Assembly: GCA_963847625.1 (NCBI GenBank)
Contig: CAWKAR010000015.1
Span: 1 to 34,271 of the forward strand
Length of the DNA stretch: 34,271 nt
From: a candidate division FCPU426 bacterium
GTDB lineage: Bacteria; Oederibacteriota; Muellerivitia; Muellerivitales; Muellerivitaceae
Direction: 5' to 3'
Below, piece after piece: positions 1-11,090 of the stretch. A model generated the notes under the pieces. It was not told the DNA's origin. It made no database searches and was given only the letters and a program-made list of their open reading frames with translations. Numbering within the stretch: position 1 is the first letter of the stretch; each line of letters starts with the position of its first letter. Position numbers and translations under genes: made by a program.

Positions 1-157
1 CGGTTGGCAAGGCCTTTGGTACAATGAAAAGAAAGGGTAAAGCCCATTTGTAAAATATAAATAAAATGTTTATATTTTATAAATTACGACATTAATTCCT
101 CGGGTATATTTCTAATAACAATCCAAGCTTCTTCGCCACTGATACCTCGAGGAAAAA

Positions 158-3100
158 ATGTGTGTGCACAAAGATAAAAACGATTTTCTTTCCCGGCCAA
201 TTCTTGGAAGGGTTTTCAGGACACTTGCGGTCGCTACGCTCCTCCTTTTCGGGTTCCAAAGTCTCGCCTTCGCTCAGGCCTATAACTGGCAGAACGTCGT
301 CATCATGGGCGGCGGTTTCGTCCCCGGGCTCGCTTACAGCCCGGTTTCCCAGGGCCTTCTTTACGCGAGAACCGACGTCGGCGGTTTCTACCGTTGGAAC
401 AATTCCGTCGGCCAGTGGATTCCCCTGACCGACATGTATGGAGGGGGCAACAACTTCGGGGGGGAGAGCATCGCGCCTGATCCGGTGAATGCCAACGTGG
501 TTTACGCGGCGGCGGGTTTCTCCGGCCCCGGCACGATCCTCAGCTCCACGAACCAGGGCAATTCCTGGACCGCCAACGCCATACCGGTCACCATCGCGGG
601 CAACAACGACGGCAGGGAGGCGGGCGAGCGCCTGGCCGTGGACCCCAACCTGACTTCCAAGCTTTATTTCGGCTCCCGCTGGCAGGGGCTGTGGGTCAGC
701 ACCAACTCGGCGGCCAGCTGGTCGCAGGTGACCTCCTTCCCAGTGAATGGCGACACCGGCTACGGGCTTTCCTGGGTGATCTTCGACCCCCACGGCACCT
801 CGGGCTCGGCTTCGGCCACCGTCTACGTTGGTGTCTTGGTCATGAGCTCGGGAAACAGCAACGTCTACCGCTCCACCAACGCGGGCGGGAGCTGGGCCCT
901 CATTTCCGGCGGGCCGTCCAACATGGTCACACCCCACGCCAGCCTGGGCACCGACGGCAACCTTTGGATCGTTTATGACAGCGGCGGCTACGGACCCAAC
1001 AGCATCTCGACCGGTCAAATCTGGAAACTCAACACGAGTACCCTGGCTTGGTCCAACGTGACCCCCTCCAACGGGCCGCCCAGCGGCAGCGGCGGCTATG
1101 CCGGTATCTGCGTTGACCACGAGAACGCCAGCCATGCCTTGGTCACGACCATCGATTGGTGGGGCGGACCCGACAGGGTCTTTTCGACCACCAACGGCGG
1201 CAGTTCGTGGTCGGTCATCGCCGAGGCTGGTTCCAGCTCCTCGGTCTTCAACGTCAACGGCGCCATATACCAGGAGGGATGCAGCGGCGGCTCGGGAGGG
1301 GCGGGTTGGGCGGGGTGCGTGGCCATCGATCCGTTCAATTCCAACAACGCCATTTACACGTCCGCCGGGGCGGGTGGGGGGGGCGGGGTTTGGAGCAGCA
1401 CCAATATCCAGGCGAGCCCCGTTTCCTGGACCTACACCGACAACAACCTTGAGGAGACGGTGCCCATTTACATGCCCCCTGCCGCGCAGGGAGGCATCCT
1501 CTTTTCCTGCTTGGGCGACGTGGACGGCATGCGCCATACGAACCTGGCCCAATCGCCCTCCTCGGGCATGTACTGCAACCCCCAATTCTCAAACACCAAC
1601 ATGCTGGACTTCGCCGAATCGGCCCCCAATACCGTGGTGCGGGTGGGGAACAGCAACTCCTCCACCAGCGACGACGTGGCTTATTCCACCAACAACGGCC
1701 AGTCCTGGACGCCCTGGGGAAGCGCCCCGTCCGGTTACACCACCGACAATAACATGGGCGCCGTGGCGGTCGCCGCCGACGGTTCCCACGTGGTGGTATC
1801 ACCTTATAGCGGCTACGGGTCCCCGGCCTACGCCACCTCCCTCGGCGGTGGCTGGACAACCTGCGGGGGACTTCCCAGCGGAGCCATGGTGGCCGCGGAC
1901 CGGTCCAGCCCTTCCACCTTTTACGCCACCTATCCCAGCGAGTGGGTTTATGGAAATTCCGTGACGGTTTACGTGAGCACCAACTATGGGGCCAGCTTCA
2001 CCCAGGTGAACACCGTCCCGGTGAATTGGGGCGACGCCAACGGCAACGGGCAGTGGGTCATGCCCCGGCCCGTTTTCGGCGAGCCCGGGGAATTCTGGGT
2101 CTCCACCTACAACGCCCTCTACCGTTTCACCAACGCGGGTTCCAGCGTGGTTACTATCTCCAACGTGTATGAGCCCATGGGGCCGGTGGGGTTCGGCAAG
2201 GCAGCCCCCAGCCAGGCCCACCCGGCGGTCTTCCTGTCCGGAACCGTCAACGGAACCCAAGGTATTTTTCGGTGCGACGACGGGGCGGGCGTGACCTGGA
2301 CCTCGATCAGCAATGCCAGCAAGCCGTTCATCCCGGGTTGGATCGAGGGGGATGAAAGCGTCTACGGCCGTTGTTACATAGCCCCCGGGGCCCGGGGCAT
2401 CCTTTACGGGGATATTCCAGTCTCAACTACGACCAACACCCCCACACTGACCCGGACGCTTACCCCCGCCAATACGCCGACCTCTACCGCGACTCGGACC
2501 AACACTTTTACCAGCACAGCCACAAGTACGGCGACGGCCACTCTTACGCCGACCAGGACGAATACATTAACTTATACGGCCACGAATACGGCGACCTTTA
2601 CATCCACCGCTACCCGAACGAACACCTTCACCAGTACGGCCACCAATACGGCAACCCTTACCTCCACCCCGACGAGGACAAACACACCGACTAATACGGT
2701 GACATCCACACCTTCTAATACCCCGACGAACACCATCATGAATACGGCGACGGCCACTGCAACCCCGACAAGGACGAATTCGCCCACCAATACCATCACG
2801 GTTACACCCACTAATACCCCTACTAGCACTCCCACGAGTACGGCTACCCCCACAGCAACCCCGACTAGGACGAATTCACCCACCTACACAGCCACACTTA
2901 CACTTACGAATACACCGACTAGCACTCTCACGAGTACGGCGACGCCCACGGCAACTCCAACCCGAACGAATTCGTCCACCAATACCATCACAGTTACACC
3001 CACGAATACCCCGTCCAATACACCCACGAAAACCCCGACCAACACCATCACGAATACGGCGACACTTACTTTAACCCCGACTAGAACGAATACTCCGACC

Positions 3101-5641
3101 AATACAGCCACAGCTACCCTGACGAACACCTCAACCAATACACTCACGAATACGCCGATATTTACTTCAACCCCGACTAGGACTAATACTCCGACCAATA
3201 CAGCCATGGCTACTCCGACGAGCACCTCAACCGCTACTCCGACCCCAACAGTAACGAATACATCCACCAATACCCCAACGCCCACGCCGACAAGGACATC
3301 CACTCCCACTACCACCAACAGCGCGACAGCCTCCCAGACTCCTACGGCTTCCTTAACATCAACTGGGACACCCACGAACACTTCCACCTATACCAGGACA
3401 AACACACCTTCCTCTACTCTCACCGCAACGGCCAGCAACACGCCGACGGTCACCACCACCGTCACCAATACCAGCACGGCAACCGCATCATCCACACCAA
3501 CTTACACAACCACTCCGACCCGGACGAATACCCCCACCCCGACGAATACGGGAACCTCGACCCCGACCGTAACCAACACGTCCACCAGTACGTCTACGGT
3601 GACACCCACTCGGACTTTGACGCCCACCTTCACCAACACTCCATCCAATACGGCTACCTCCACGCCGACCGTAACCCGGACAAACACCCCATCGAATACG
3701 GCGACATCCACCTCGACCATTACTTCAACGAATAAACCCACATTGACGCCCTCAAACACATCCACGAACACTTCCACCTATACCAAGACAAATACGCCGA
3801 CCGTTACTACCACCTCAACGGTCACCAGTACGCCGACGGTAGCGTCCACGGCCACCAATACTTCCACGGGAACCGCGCCGCCCACGAATACGTTCACCAA
3901 CACCCTTACGTTCACTAATACGCCGACTCATACCCTGACCCCAACCTCGACGAATACGTTAACCTTTACACTGACCCCGACGTTGACGAACACGTTTACC
4001 AATACTTTGACGGTGACCCGGACCTCCACTGCCACATTCACGAATACTGGGACGAATACACTGACATTCACACCCACATTGACGAATTCTTACACGAATA
4101 CGAGGACGAACACCCCGACCAACACGCTAACGCCGATAGTAACATCCACAACAACCAACACCCCCACAGGAACTGCGCCACCCACATCGACTTACACGAA
4201 CACCTTAACCAAAACCCAAACTCCAACATCGACGAATACGGCGACCTTAACTTCGACCCCGACTGCGACAAACACCTCCACCAACACTTTAACTTTGACC
4301 CGGACATCAACACTCACCTTCACGAACACGCCTACGGCGACGAATACGGCGTCACTCACTTTGACCTATACTTCGACGAATACCTTTACGCCCACGATGA
4401 CTTCCACCAGCACCAGGACCAACACGCCGACAGCTTCGACTACAGCGACTCCTACGTCGTCGCCTACGCTCACCGCTTCGCCTTCGGCTTCGCCAACTCC
4501 AACGGTGATGTCCACGGCCACCAATACCCCTACGGGAACCGCGCCACCCACGTCGACCTACACGAACACCTTAACCAAAACCCAGACTCCAACATCGACG
4601 AATACGGCGACCTTAACCTCGACCCCGACTGCGACAAACACGTCCACCAACACTTTAACTTTGACCCGGACATCAACACTCACCTTCACGAACACGCCTA
4701 CGGCGACGAATACGGCGTCACTCACTTTGACCTATACTTCGACGAATACCTTTACGCCCACGAGCACGGCCACCAACACCTCAACGAATACCTTGTCTAT
4801 TACGCCCACTCCCACGCCGACCTATACACCCACGTTCACCCCCACCCTGACGAATACGTACACCAGTACATCTACCAACACGCCGACCAACACGCTCACT
4901 CCAACGGTGACGTCCACGGCAACCGATACTCCCACTGGGACTCAATCGTCTACGAACACGCCGACTAATACGTTCACCGCCACTCATACGCCGACCAGGA
5001 CACCCACTCAGACTCCGACGAGCACCCTCACCAGGACGCCCACATCCACTGCAACCCCGACCCCGACCGTGACGAACACCCCCACGGTTACGGATACGCC
5101 CACGAATACCCCGACGAATACGCCCACACCGACTTACACGAGTACGCTCACCGCGACATCCACGCCGACCGCAACCCCGACCCCTACGGCCACAAGTACG
5201 ACGCCGCCGACCTCCACCCCGACCCGGACATCGATATCCACCGCCACTTCAACACCGACCGCGACAGCCACACCTACCCGGACTTCCACGCCGACAACCA
5301 CTCATACCGCCACCGCCACGACCACGGTGACTTTGACAAAAACCGCGACGCAGGTGAGGAAGAACGGGGTGTTGGTCTATCCCAACCCGGTGTACGGCCC
5401 GGGGTCGGTGACATTCCAGATCACCTTGGTTCAAGCGGAACCGCTTGTTCGGGTCGAAATCTTCACGCTTGCGTTCAGGAAGGTGAACGAGGTGGACTTC
5501 AACCAAGTGCCGGAAGGGACTATGACGATTTCCTTCAACTTGGTGGACAGGTCAGGGAAACCCCTGGCCAACGGACTCTATTACGTGGTGATCAATACGA
5601 ATCAAGGTCGGTTCATTGCCAAATTACTTGTGTTGAGGTAA
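158..5641 (+). CDS. Secreted GH74 xyloglucanase/endoglucanase-like protein with ~975-aa Thr-rich stalk and C-terminal T9SS type-A-like/FlgD-Ig-like tail
   Basis: GAGG RBS at 149-152; signal peptide (..SLAFA/Q). GH74 hallmark N-terminus [27 protein letters not shown] (catalytic Asp), [13 protein letters not shown], second Asp in LGDVDG, BNR/Asp-box repeats (STNxGxSW), ending ARGILYGD. (T-X)n linker ~2423-5350; tail [33 protein letters not shown]. Confidence 0.92.
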   Translation: MCVHKDKNDFLSRPILGRVFRTLAVATLLLFGFQSLAFAQAYNWQNVVIMGGGFVPGLAYSPVSQGLLYARTDVGGFYRWNNSVGQWIPLTDMYGGGNNFGGESIAPDPVNANVVYAAAGFSGPGTILSSTNQGNSWTANAIPVTIAGNNDGREAGERLAVDPNLTSKLYFGSRWQGLWVSTNSAASWSQVTSFPVNGDTGYGLSWVIFDPHGTSGSASATVYVGVLVMSSGNSNVYRSTNAGGSWALISGGPSNMVTPHASLGTDGNLWIVYDSGGYGPNSISTGQIWKLNTSTLAWSNVTPSNGPPSGSGGYAGICVDHENASHALVTTIDWWGGPDRVFSTTNGGSSWSVIAEAGSSSSVFNVNGAIYQEGCSGGSGGAGWAGCVAIDPFNSNNAIYTSAGAGGGGGVWSSTNIQASPVSWTYTDNNLEETVPIYMPPAAQGGILFSCLGDVDGMRHTNLAQSPSSGMYCNPQFSNTNMLDFAESAPNTVVRVGNSNSSTSDDVAYSTNNGQSWTPWGSAPSGYTTDNNMGAVAVAADGSHVVVSPYSGYGSPAYATSLGGGWTTCGGLPSGAMVAADRSSPSTFYATYPSEWVYGNSVTVYVSTNYGASFTQVNTVPVNWGDANGNGQWVMPRPVFGEPGEFWVSTYNALYRFTNAGSSVVTISNVYEPMGPVGFGKAAPSQAHPAVFLSGTVNGTQGIFRCDDGAGVTWTSISNASKPFIPGWIEGDESVYGRCYIAPGARGILYGDIPVSTTTNTPTLTRTLTPANTPTSTATRTNTFTSTATSTATATLTPTRTNTLTYTATNTATFTSTATRTNTFTSTATNTATLTSTPTRTNTPTNTVTSTPSNTPTNTIMNTATATATPTRTNSPTNTITVTPTNTPTSTPTSTATPTATPTRTNSPTYTATLTLTNTPTSTLTSTATPTATPTRTNSSTNTITVTPTNTPSNTPTKTPTNTITNTATLTLTPTRTNTPTNTATATLTNTSTNTLTNTPIFTSTPTRTNTPTNTAMATPTSTSTATPTPTVTNTSTNTPTPTPTRTSTPTTTNSATASQTPTASLTSTGTPTNTSTYTRTNTPSSTLTATASNTPTVTTTVTNTSTATASSTPTYTTTPTRTNTPTPTNTGTSTPTVTNTSTSTSTVTPTRTLTPTFTNTPSNTATSTPTVTRTNTPSNTATSTSTITSTNKPTLTPSNTSTNTSTYTKTNTPTVTTTSTVTSTPTVASTATNTSTGTAPPTNTFTNTLTFTNTPTHTLTPTSTNTLTFTLTPTLTNTFTNTLTVTRTSTATFTNTGTNTLTFTPTLTNSYTNTRTNTPTNTLTPIVTSTTTNTPTGTAPPTSTYTNTLTKTQTPTSTNTATLTSTPTATNTSTNTLTLTRTSTLTFTNTPTATNTASLTLTYTSTNTFTPTMTSTSTRTNTPTASTTATPTSSPTLTASPSASPTPTVMSTATNTPTGTAPPTSTYTNTLTKTQTPTSTNTATLTSTPTATNTSTNTLTLTRTSTLTFTNTPTATNTASLTLTYTSTNTFTPTSTATNTSTNTLSITPTPTPTYTPTFTPTLTNTYTSTSTNTPTNTLTPTVTSTATDTPTGTQSSTNTPTNTFTATHTPTRTPTQTPTSTLTRTPTSTATPTPTVTNTPTVTDTPTNTPTNTPTPTYTSTLTATSTPTATPTPTATSTTPPTSTPTRTSISTATSTPTATATPTRTSTPTTTHTATATTTVTLTKTATQVRKNGVLVYPNPVYGPGSVTFQITLVQAEPLVRVEIFTLAFRKVNEVDFNQVPEGTMTISFNLVDRSGKPLANGLYYVVINTNQGRFIAKLLVLR
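4178..4763 (+). repeat. Near-identical ~220-bp internal duplication in the GH74 stalk (~4178-4397 and ~4544-4763, offset 366 bp)
   Basis: Peptide [73 protein letters not shown] occurs twice with nearly identical DNA. Confidence 0.9.
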
Positions 5642-5706
5642 ACATTCTGAAAATTAACAGACGATTCCTAAAAAAGGAAATATTTTGATTTAAAGAGAGT
5701 TTTTAA

Positions 5707-8700
5707 ATGCTGAGAGTTTTGATAAAAAAATCCTTGAATAAGTCCATTTTCCTTGGTTTTTGCTTTTGGACATTGGCGGTTTTAGGAACCTACTCCGTAA
5801 CATTCGCACAATGCACCCCAACGAGTGCGAATATTCAAGCCTACGGTGACGATAACATCTGGGTTTATTTCAACGGCAATTATATTGGGGGCTGTACCGG
5901 CGGTTGCTATTACTCTGGAAGTCCTGTCAATTTAAGCATACCCATCAGTTTGTTCAACAGCGCACCCTCGGACAACGTGCTGGGAATCGCGGATGAAACC
6001 GAAGACGTTGGCCCCGGCGACAATAACGGCGCCAGTTGGCTCTTGACCATTGTATGCTCAAGCGGCGCGACCCAGTATATCGAGAGTGATGGAACATGCA
6101 CGGTCACCAAATATGCCGGCAACGTAATAAGCGCCGGCTGTAATAACCCCCCCTCCTGCATTTTCCCTGCAGGTTGGAGCAGTCCAGGCTCAAGTGAAAG
6201 CGGATGGACCGGCCCTTATGTCGGAACCTCTGCTTCTACGACGACTTACTGCACTTGCTGGGGAACATTCACCAACCCGGCAACTGGAAATGTGGTGCCC
6301 TGGATTTGGGGAATCAACGCCTTTCTTTCGAATGGGACTGGCGTCCAATCAGGCGACGTCTATATGTTTCAGCAGCATTTCACGTTGGGAAGTACTGCAT
6401 GTCCTATCACGCCCCAACCAACTGTGACCCCTGCGTTGGATGTCACCCCTACCCCCATCCCCACTGCCACTTTCACATCAACGCCTACGGTCGGTTCTCC
6501 CACCCCGACTTACACCCCTTGGTCAGGTTGCGGAAGCGCTGGAGTCACCACTCCCATGCTGAACCTTCAGGCGTCCTGTTATAACCAGAACAACCAATAC
6601 ATGGACTACAGCATACGGGTTTACAACTGGGGAACCGCACCTGTCACAATCGCCAACCTTTGCGTCAAGGCCTGGGCCTATGAATCAGGAACCATCAACA
6701 TGGCGCAGTTCAACAACTCGACCGGAACCACCTGTACCGCCGGGGGGGCTTCCTGCGGAAACATCACCAATACCGGCACGGTTTCCGTGGCTTCCTACGG
6801 CCCCTGCACCCAGGTAGCCAACCACTTCGCCAACCAAATGATCACTTATTGCTTCTCCTCCACTTCCACGGCTTATGTCATCCCGCCCAACGGCGGGTAT
6901 TGGTACCCTCAATACGACACGCTCCGGTACGGGCGTAACAACTCGCAAATGGACAACGGGAATTTCGCGGACGACTGGTCGCATTTCGGGACCGGCAACG
7001 GTGATTGTTCCTCCAATTCCTCATACCAGGAAAGCCCGTATTTCGCGCTTTATTACAACGGGACCCTGGTGCGAGAACAGTTGGACGGTTCGGGAACAAA
7101 CTTTGACACGGCTACCGGGATGGAACCGTGCATGTCTATTTTAACTTGTACGCCGACCCCGGGAATAACCAATACCCCAACGCGGACGCTTACGAAAACC
7201 CCTACAAACACCCCAACTTGGACGACTACTAATACCTCGACTCTCACGCCCACGATCACGCCCACCCCTACGCCGACCAATACGCCCACGAGGACGCCCA
7301 CTCCCACTCCTACACCCACTCCGACCAATACACCGACTTCGACCCCGACCCGGACCAATACACCGACGAATACACCGACCCCCACTCTCACAATATCACC
7401 CACCCCCACTTCGACTCCGACCCGGACGTCCACCTCTACTCCTACGAACACGCCAACCCCTACTCCTTCGCCGACGAATACCCCCACGAATACCCCGACC
7501 CGGACGCTGACTCCTACACCAACGAATAGCCCAACCCCAACACCCTCGCCCACCTTGACGAATACCCCAACTCCCACCCCGACCCGGACAAACACCCCAA
7601 CTTCGACGAATACGCCGACTCCGACCCCGACCGTCTCGCCCACCCCTACGCCGACCAATACTCCCACGCCTACACCGACCCGGACGAACACCCCTACCCC
7701 GACGAATACCCCGACAGTCTCACCCACCCCCACACCGACCAATACTCTTACGAACACCTCGACCCGGACGCCAACTCCCACCCCGACGAACAGTCCAACT
7801 CCAACACCCTCACCCACTCCAACTCCGACGAATACCCCGACGCCAACACCCACAACAAGCCCCACGCCTACACCCACAAACACCCCAACGAACACACCCA
7901 CGAATACTCCTACACCCACTCCGACCCGGACGCCCTCTCCTACGCCTACGAACACACCCACCAACTCACCCACGAACACGCCCACACCCACCCCGACAAT
8001 CTCACCCACACCCACCCCGACGAATACGCTCACAAGAACGCCGACCCCCACACCGACTCCGACGCCAACCACAACCCCCACCCCGACGCCGACGAACACC
8101 CCAACCAACACGCCCACGAACACGCCAACATCCACCCCGACGACGACACCCACACCCACCCCAACGTATACCCCGACAAGGACGCCTACACGTACTCCCA
8201 CGCCGACCCTGACGACAACCCCCTCACCGACGCCGACGAACACCCCAACCAACACGCCCACGAACACGCCAACACCTACCCCGACGACCACACCTTCACC
8301 CACCCCGACGAATACCCCGACAAGGACGCCCACTCCCACTCCAACCCCTACGCCTACCATTACCCCCACCCCGACGCCAACCAACACGCCGACGAACACG
8401 CATACACCGACTCCCAGCCCGACCGGCACCACATCGCCCACCAACACCCCGACCAACACGCCAACTCGTACCCCTACACCCACTTCGACACCAACGCCCA
8501 CGATCACACCCACGCCCACCCCAACGAATACCCCGACCAACACGCCCACGCGCACGCCCACACCGACCCCGACGACGACACCCTCGCCAACGCCGACGAA
8601 CACCCCAACCAACACCCCCACGAACACGCCCACACCGACCCCGACGACTACACCCACACCCACTCCGACGAACACGCCGACCAATACCCCAACGAGGACC

Positions 8701-10974
8701 CCGACCCCCACCCCGACGACCACGCCCACTCCGACCCCGACCAACACGCCGACTCGTACGCCCACAGCCACACCAACCCCTACGCCTACCAATACCCCCA
8801 CCCCGACGCCGACCAACACGCCCACGAACACTCTCACGCCGACCCCCAGCCCGACCGGCACCACATCGCCCACGAACACCTCGACCAACACGCCCACAAG
8901 AACGCCTACACCCACTCCGACACCGACGCCCACGATCACACCCACGCCGACCCCAACGAATACCCCGACCAACACGCCCACGAGCACGCCAACACCCACC
9001 CCGACGACGACACCTTCACCCACTCTGACGAATACCCCCACCAACACGCCCACGCACACGCCGACGCCCACCCCGACGACCACACCTTCACCCACCCCGA
9101 CGAATACGCCCACGCGAACGCCTACAGCCACACCAACTCCCACGCCTACCATTACCCCCACCCCTACGCCAACCAACACGCCGACGAACACTCTCACACC
9201 GACTCCCAGCCCGACCGGGACCACATCGCCCACTGCAACACCGACCAACACTCCCACCCGCACGAACACACCCACGCCAACCCCAACACCCACCATCACA
9301 CCCTCGCCCACGCCGACGAACACACCGACCAACACGCCGACTCGTACACCCACACCTACCCCGACGACGACACCCTCGCCAACGCCGACGAACACCCCAA
9401 CCAACACCCCAACGAACACGTCAACATCCACCCCGACGACGACACCCTCACCCACCCCAACGAATACTCCGACTAACACGCCTACGCGCACGCCCACGCC
9501 GACCCCGACGACAACTCCCTCGCCGACGCCGACGAATACCCCCACCAACACGCCCACGAACACGCCAACATCCACCCCGACGACCACACCTTCACCCACC
9601 CCGACGAATACCCCGACAAGGACGCTCACTACCACCCCGACTCCCACGCCTACCATTACCCCCTCGCCCACCCCGACGAATACGCCGACGAACACGCTCA
9701 CGCCGACCCCCAGCCCGACCGGGACCACATCGCCTACAGCCACACCGACCAACACTCCCACACACACGAACACACCCACCTCGACTCCCACCCCAACCAT
9801 CACACCCTCGTCCACACCGACGGCTACCCCAACCAACACACCCACTTCCACGCCGACTCCTACTCCCACCACCACACCTACCCCTACTCTGACCAACACA
9901 CCCACGAGAACACCCACTCCCACCCCGACCAACACCCCCTCGAACACGCCAACCTCTACGCCCACCATCACGTCTTCGCCGACTCCCAGCCCGACCGGAA
10001 CGACATCGCCCACGAATACACCCACGATTACGTCCACGACAACGCCGACCCCCACTCTCACGAACACCCCGACGAATAGCGCGACAACCTCACCGACTCC
10101 AACCGCTTCTTTAACATCAACTGGGACTCCGACTCGGACACTGACCCCCACGCCGACTTCGACTCCTACCCCGACTCCGACCAGCACGCCCACTACAACA
10201 TCGACTCCGACTTCAACCGCCACCCCCACCCCGACCTGGACTCCCATCTTCACGTATACGTTCACAAACACGCCCACGAACACCCTGAGTCCGACCCCGA
10301 CCTTCACGCTTACCAATACCAGCACACCTACGAACACGCCGACTGATACCCCGACATTGACCCCGACGAATACGCCGACAGAAACTTACACGCCGACGAA
10401 TACCAGCACTCCCACGGACACGCTGACGGAAACCCCGACCTTGACCTCCACCAACACACCCACGCCGACCAACACGCCCACGGAAACTTCCACGGCCACG
10501 GACACATCGACAAGCACCCCGACTCCCACCCCGACAGTAACTTCCACCAATACCCCCACGCGGACGAAGACCCAAACTCCCACGAATACTTGGACCCATA
10601 CTTCCACTTCGACCCCCACCATCACGCACACAAAAACAGCTACCGGGACCGTCACCAACACGCCGACCGTCACACCTTTCCCGAAATGCGATCAGTTTTA
10701 CGTCTCAAAAAATATATTCAACCCGGTCTTGGGGCCGGTATCGATCTTTGTTTCCTATTGCCAGTTTCCGGGCGTTTATTCGCTGAGGATTTACAACTCG
10801 GCCGGGGAACATGTGCAAACCCTGGATGAACAGTATTTGGAAGGCGCTTATGCGGCTTCTTACCATTGGGACGGGAAGAACAAATTCGGGGATCCATGCG
10901 CCAGCGGGGTCTACATTTTCTACCTGGTCGAGCCCTATGACCGGAAAATCAAACGGGTCCTTCTCTTAAAATAA
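5707..10974 (+). CDS. Secreted, apparently non-catalytic carbohydrate-binding/adhesin protein: Cys-rich lectin-like jelly-roll + CBM3-like domain + ~1180-aa Thr/Pro stalk + FlgD-Ig/T9SS-like tail
   Basis: Signal peptide (..VTFA/Q). Domain 1: [38 protein letters not shown]. Domain 2 (~6556-7140): [40 protein letters not shown], resembling the CBM3 pattern. TP linker ~7147-10680; tail [41 protein letters not shown]. Confidence 0.8.
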   Translation: MLRVLIKKSLNKSIFLGFCFWTLAVLGTYSVTFAQCTPTSANIQAYGDDNIWVYFNGNYIGGCTGGCYYSGSPVNLSIPISLFNSAPSDNVLGIADETEDVGPGDNNGASWLLTIVCSSGATQYIESDGTCTVTKYAGNVISAGCNNPPSCIFPAGWSSPGSSESGWTGPYVGTSASTTTYCTCWGTFTNPATGNVVPWIWGINAFLSNGTGVQSGDVYMFQQHFTLGSTACPITPQPTVTPALDVTPTPIPTATFTSTPTVGSPTPTYTPWSGCGSAGVTTPMLNLQASCYNQNNQYMDYSIRVYNWGTAPVTIANLCVKAWAYESGTINMAQFNNSTGTTCTAGGASCGNITNTGTVSVASYGPCTQVANHFANQMITYCFSSTSTAYVIPPNGGYWYPQYDTLRYGRNNSQMDNGNFADDWSHFGTGNGDCSSNSSYQESPYFALYYNGTLVREQLDGSGTNFDTATGMEPCMSILTCTPTPGITNTPTRTLTKTPTNTPTWTTTNTSTLTPTITPTPTPTNTPTRTPTPTPTPTPTNTPTSTPTRTNTPTNTPTPTLTISPTPTSTPTRTSTSTPTNTPTPTPSPTNTPTNTPTRTLTPTPTNSPTPTPSPTLTNTPTPTPTRTNTPTSTNTPTPTPTVSPTPTPTNTPTPTPTRTNTPTPTNTPTVSPTPTPTNTLTNTSTRTPTPTPTNSPTPTPSPTPTPTNTPTPTPTTSPTPTPTNTPTNTPTNTPTPTPTRTPSPTPTNTPTNSPTNTPTPTPTISPTPTPTNTLTRTPTPTPTPTPTTTPTPTPTNTPTNTPTNTPTSTPTTTPTPTPTYTPTRTPTRTPTPTLTTTPSPTPTNTPTNTPTNTPTPTPTTTPSPTPTNTPTRTPTPTPTPTPTITPTPTPTNTPTNTHTPTPSPTGTTSPTNTPTNTPTRTPTPTSTPTPTITPTPTPTNTPTNTPTRTPTPTPTTTPSPTPTNTPTNTPTNTPTPTPTTTPTPTPTNTPTNTPTRTPTPTPTTTPTPTPTNTPTRTPTATPTPTPTNTPTPTPTNTPTNTLTPTPSPTGTTSPTNTSTNTPTRTPTPTPTPTPTITPTPTPTNTPTNTPTSTPTPTPTTTPSPTLTNTPTNTPTHTPTPTPTTTPSPTPTNTPTRTPTATPTPTPTITPTPTPTNTPTNTLTPTPSPTGTTSPTATPTNTPTRTNTPTPTPTPTITPSPTPTNTPTNTPTRTPTPTPTTTPSPTPTNTPTNTPTNTSTSTPTTTPSPTPTNTPTNTPTRTPTPTPTTTPSPTPTNTPTNTPTNTPTSTPTTTPSPTPTNTPTRTLTTTPTPTPTITPSPTPTNTPTNTLTPTPSPTGTTSPTATPTNTPTHTNTPTSTPTPTITPSSTPTATPTNTPTSTPTPTPTTTPTPTLTNTPTRTPTPTPTNTPSNTPTSTPTITSSPTPSPTGTTSPTNTPTITSTTTPTPTLTNTPTNSATTSPTPTASLTSTGTPTRTLTPTPTSTPTPTPTSTPTTTSTPTSTATPTPTWTPIFTYTFTNTPTNTLSPTPTFTLTNTSTPTNTPTDTPTLTPTNTPTETYTPTNTSTPTDTLTETPTLTSTNTPTPTNTPTETSTATDTSTSTPTPTPTVTSTNTPTRTKTQTPTNTWTHTSTSTPTITHTKTATGTVTNTPTVTPFPKCDQFYVSKNIFNPVLGPVSIFVSYCQFPGVYSLRIYNSAGEHVQTLDEQYLEGAYAASYHWDGKNKFGDPCASGVYIFYLVEPYDRKIKRVLLLK

Positions 10975-11090
10975 AGTTGTTTCCTGATATGAGTAAGCCG
11001 GTCAAACTCGTCGATATCGAATTGTCCAATCCTCGGTGGCGACCTCATGTGTCCATCGTGTGACCTAAGCTAATTGAAAGGAGTTTTTCA

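Noticed and set aside
92..1585. 497-aa minus-strand ORF and other ORFs overlapping the GH, TolC and RND genes
   Set aside because: They overlap well-supported genes in GC-rich DNA and show no recognisable motifs.
7053..10337. 1094-aa Val/Gly-rich minus-strand ORF (and similar ORFs at 2572-4551, 10386-10673, 32089-33177)
   Set aside because: Antisense shadows of Thr/Pro codons (ACN/CCN read as Val/Gly with few stops); no independent evidence of coding.
2423..10680. Highly repetitive DNA as a possible CRISPR array or non-coding repeat
   Set aside because: Repeats are in frame and degenerate at third codon positions; no constant repeat with unique spacers and no cas genes.
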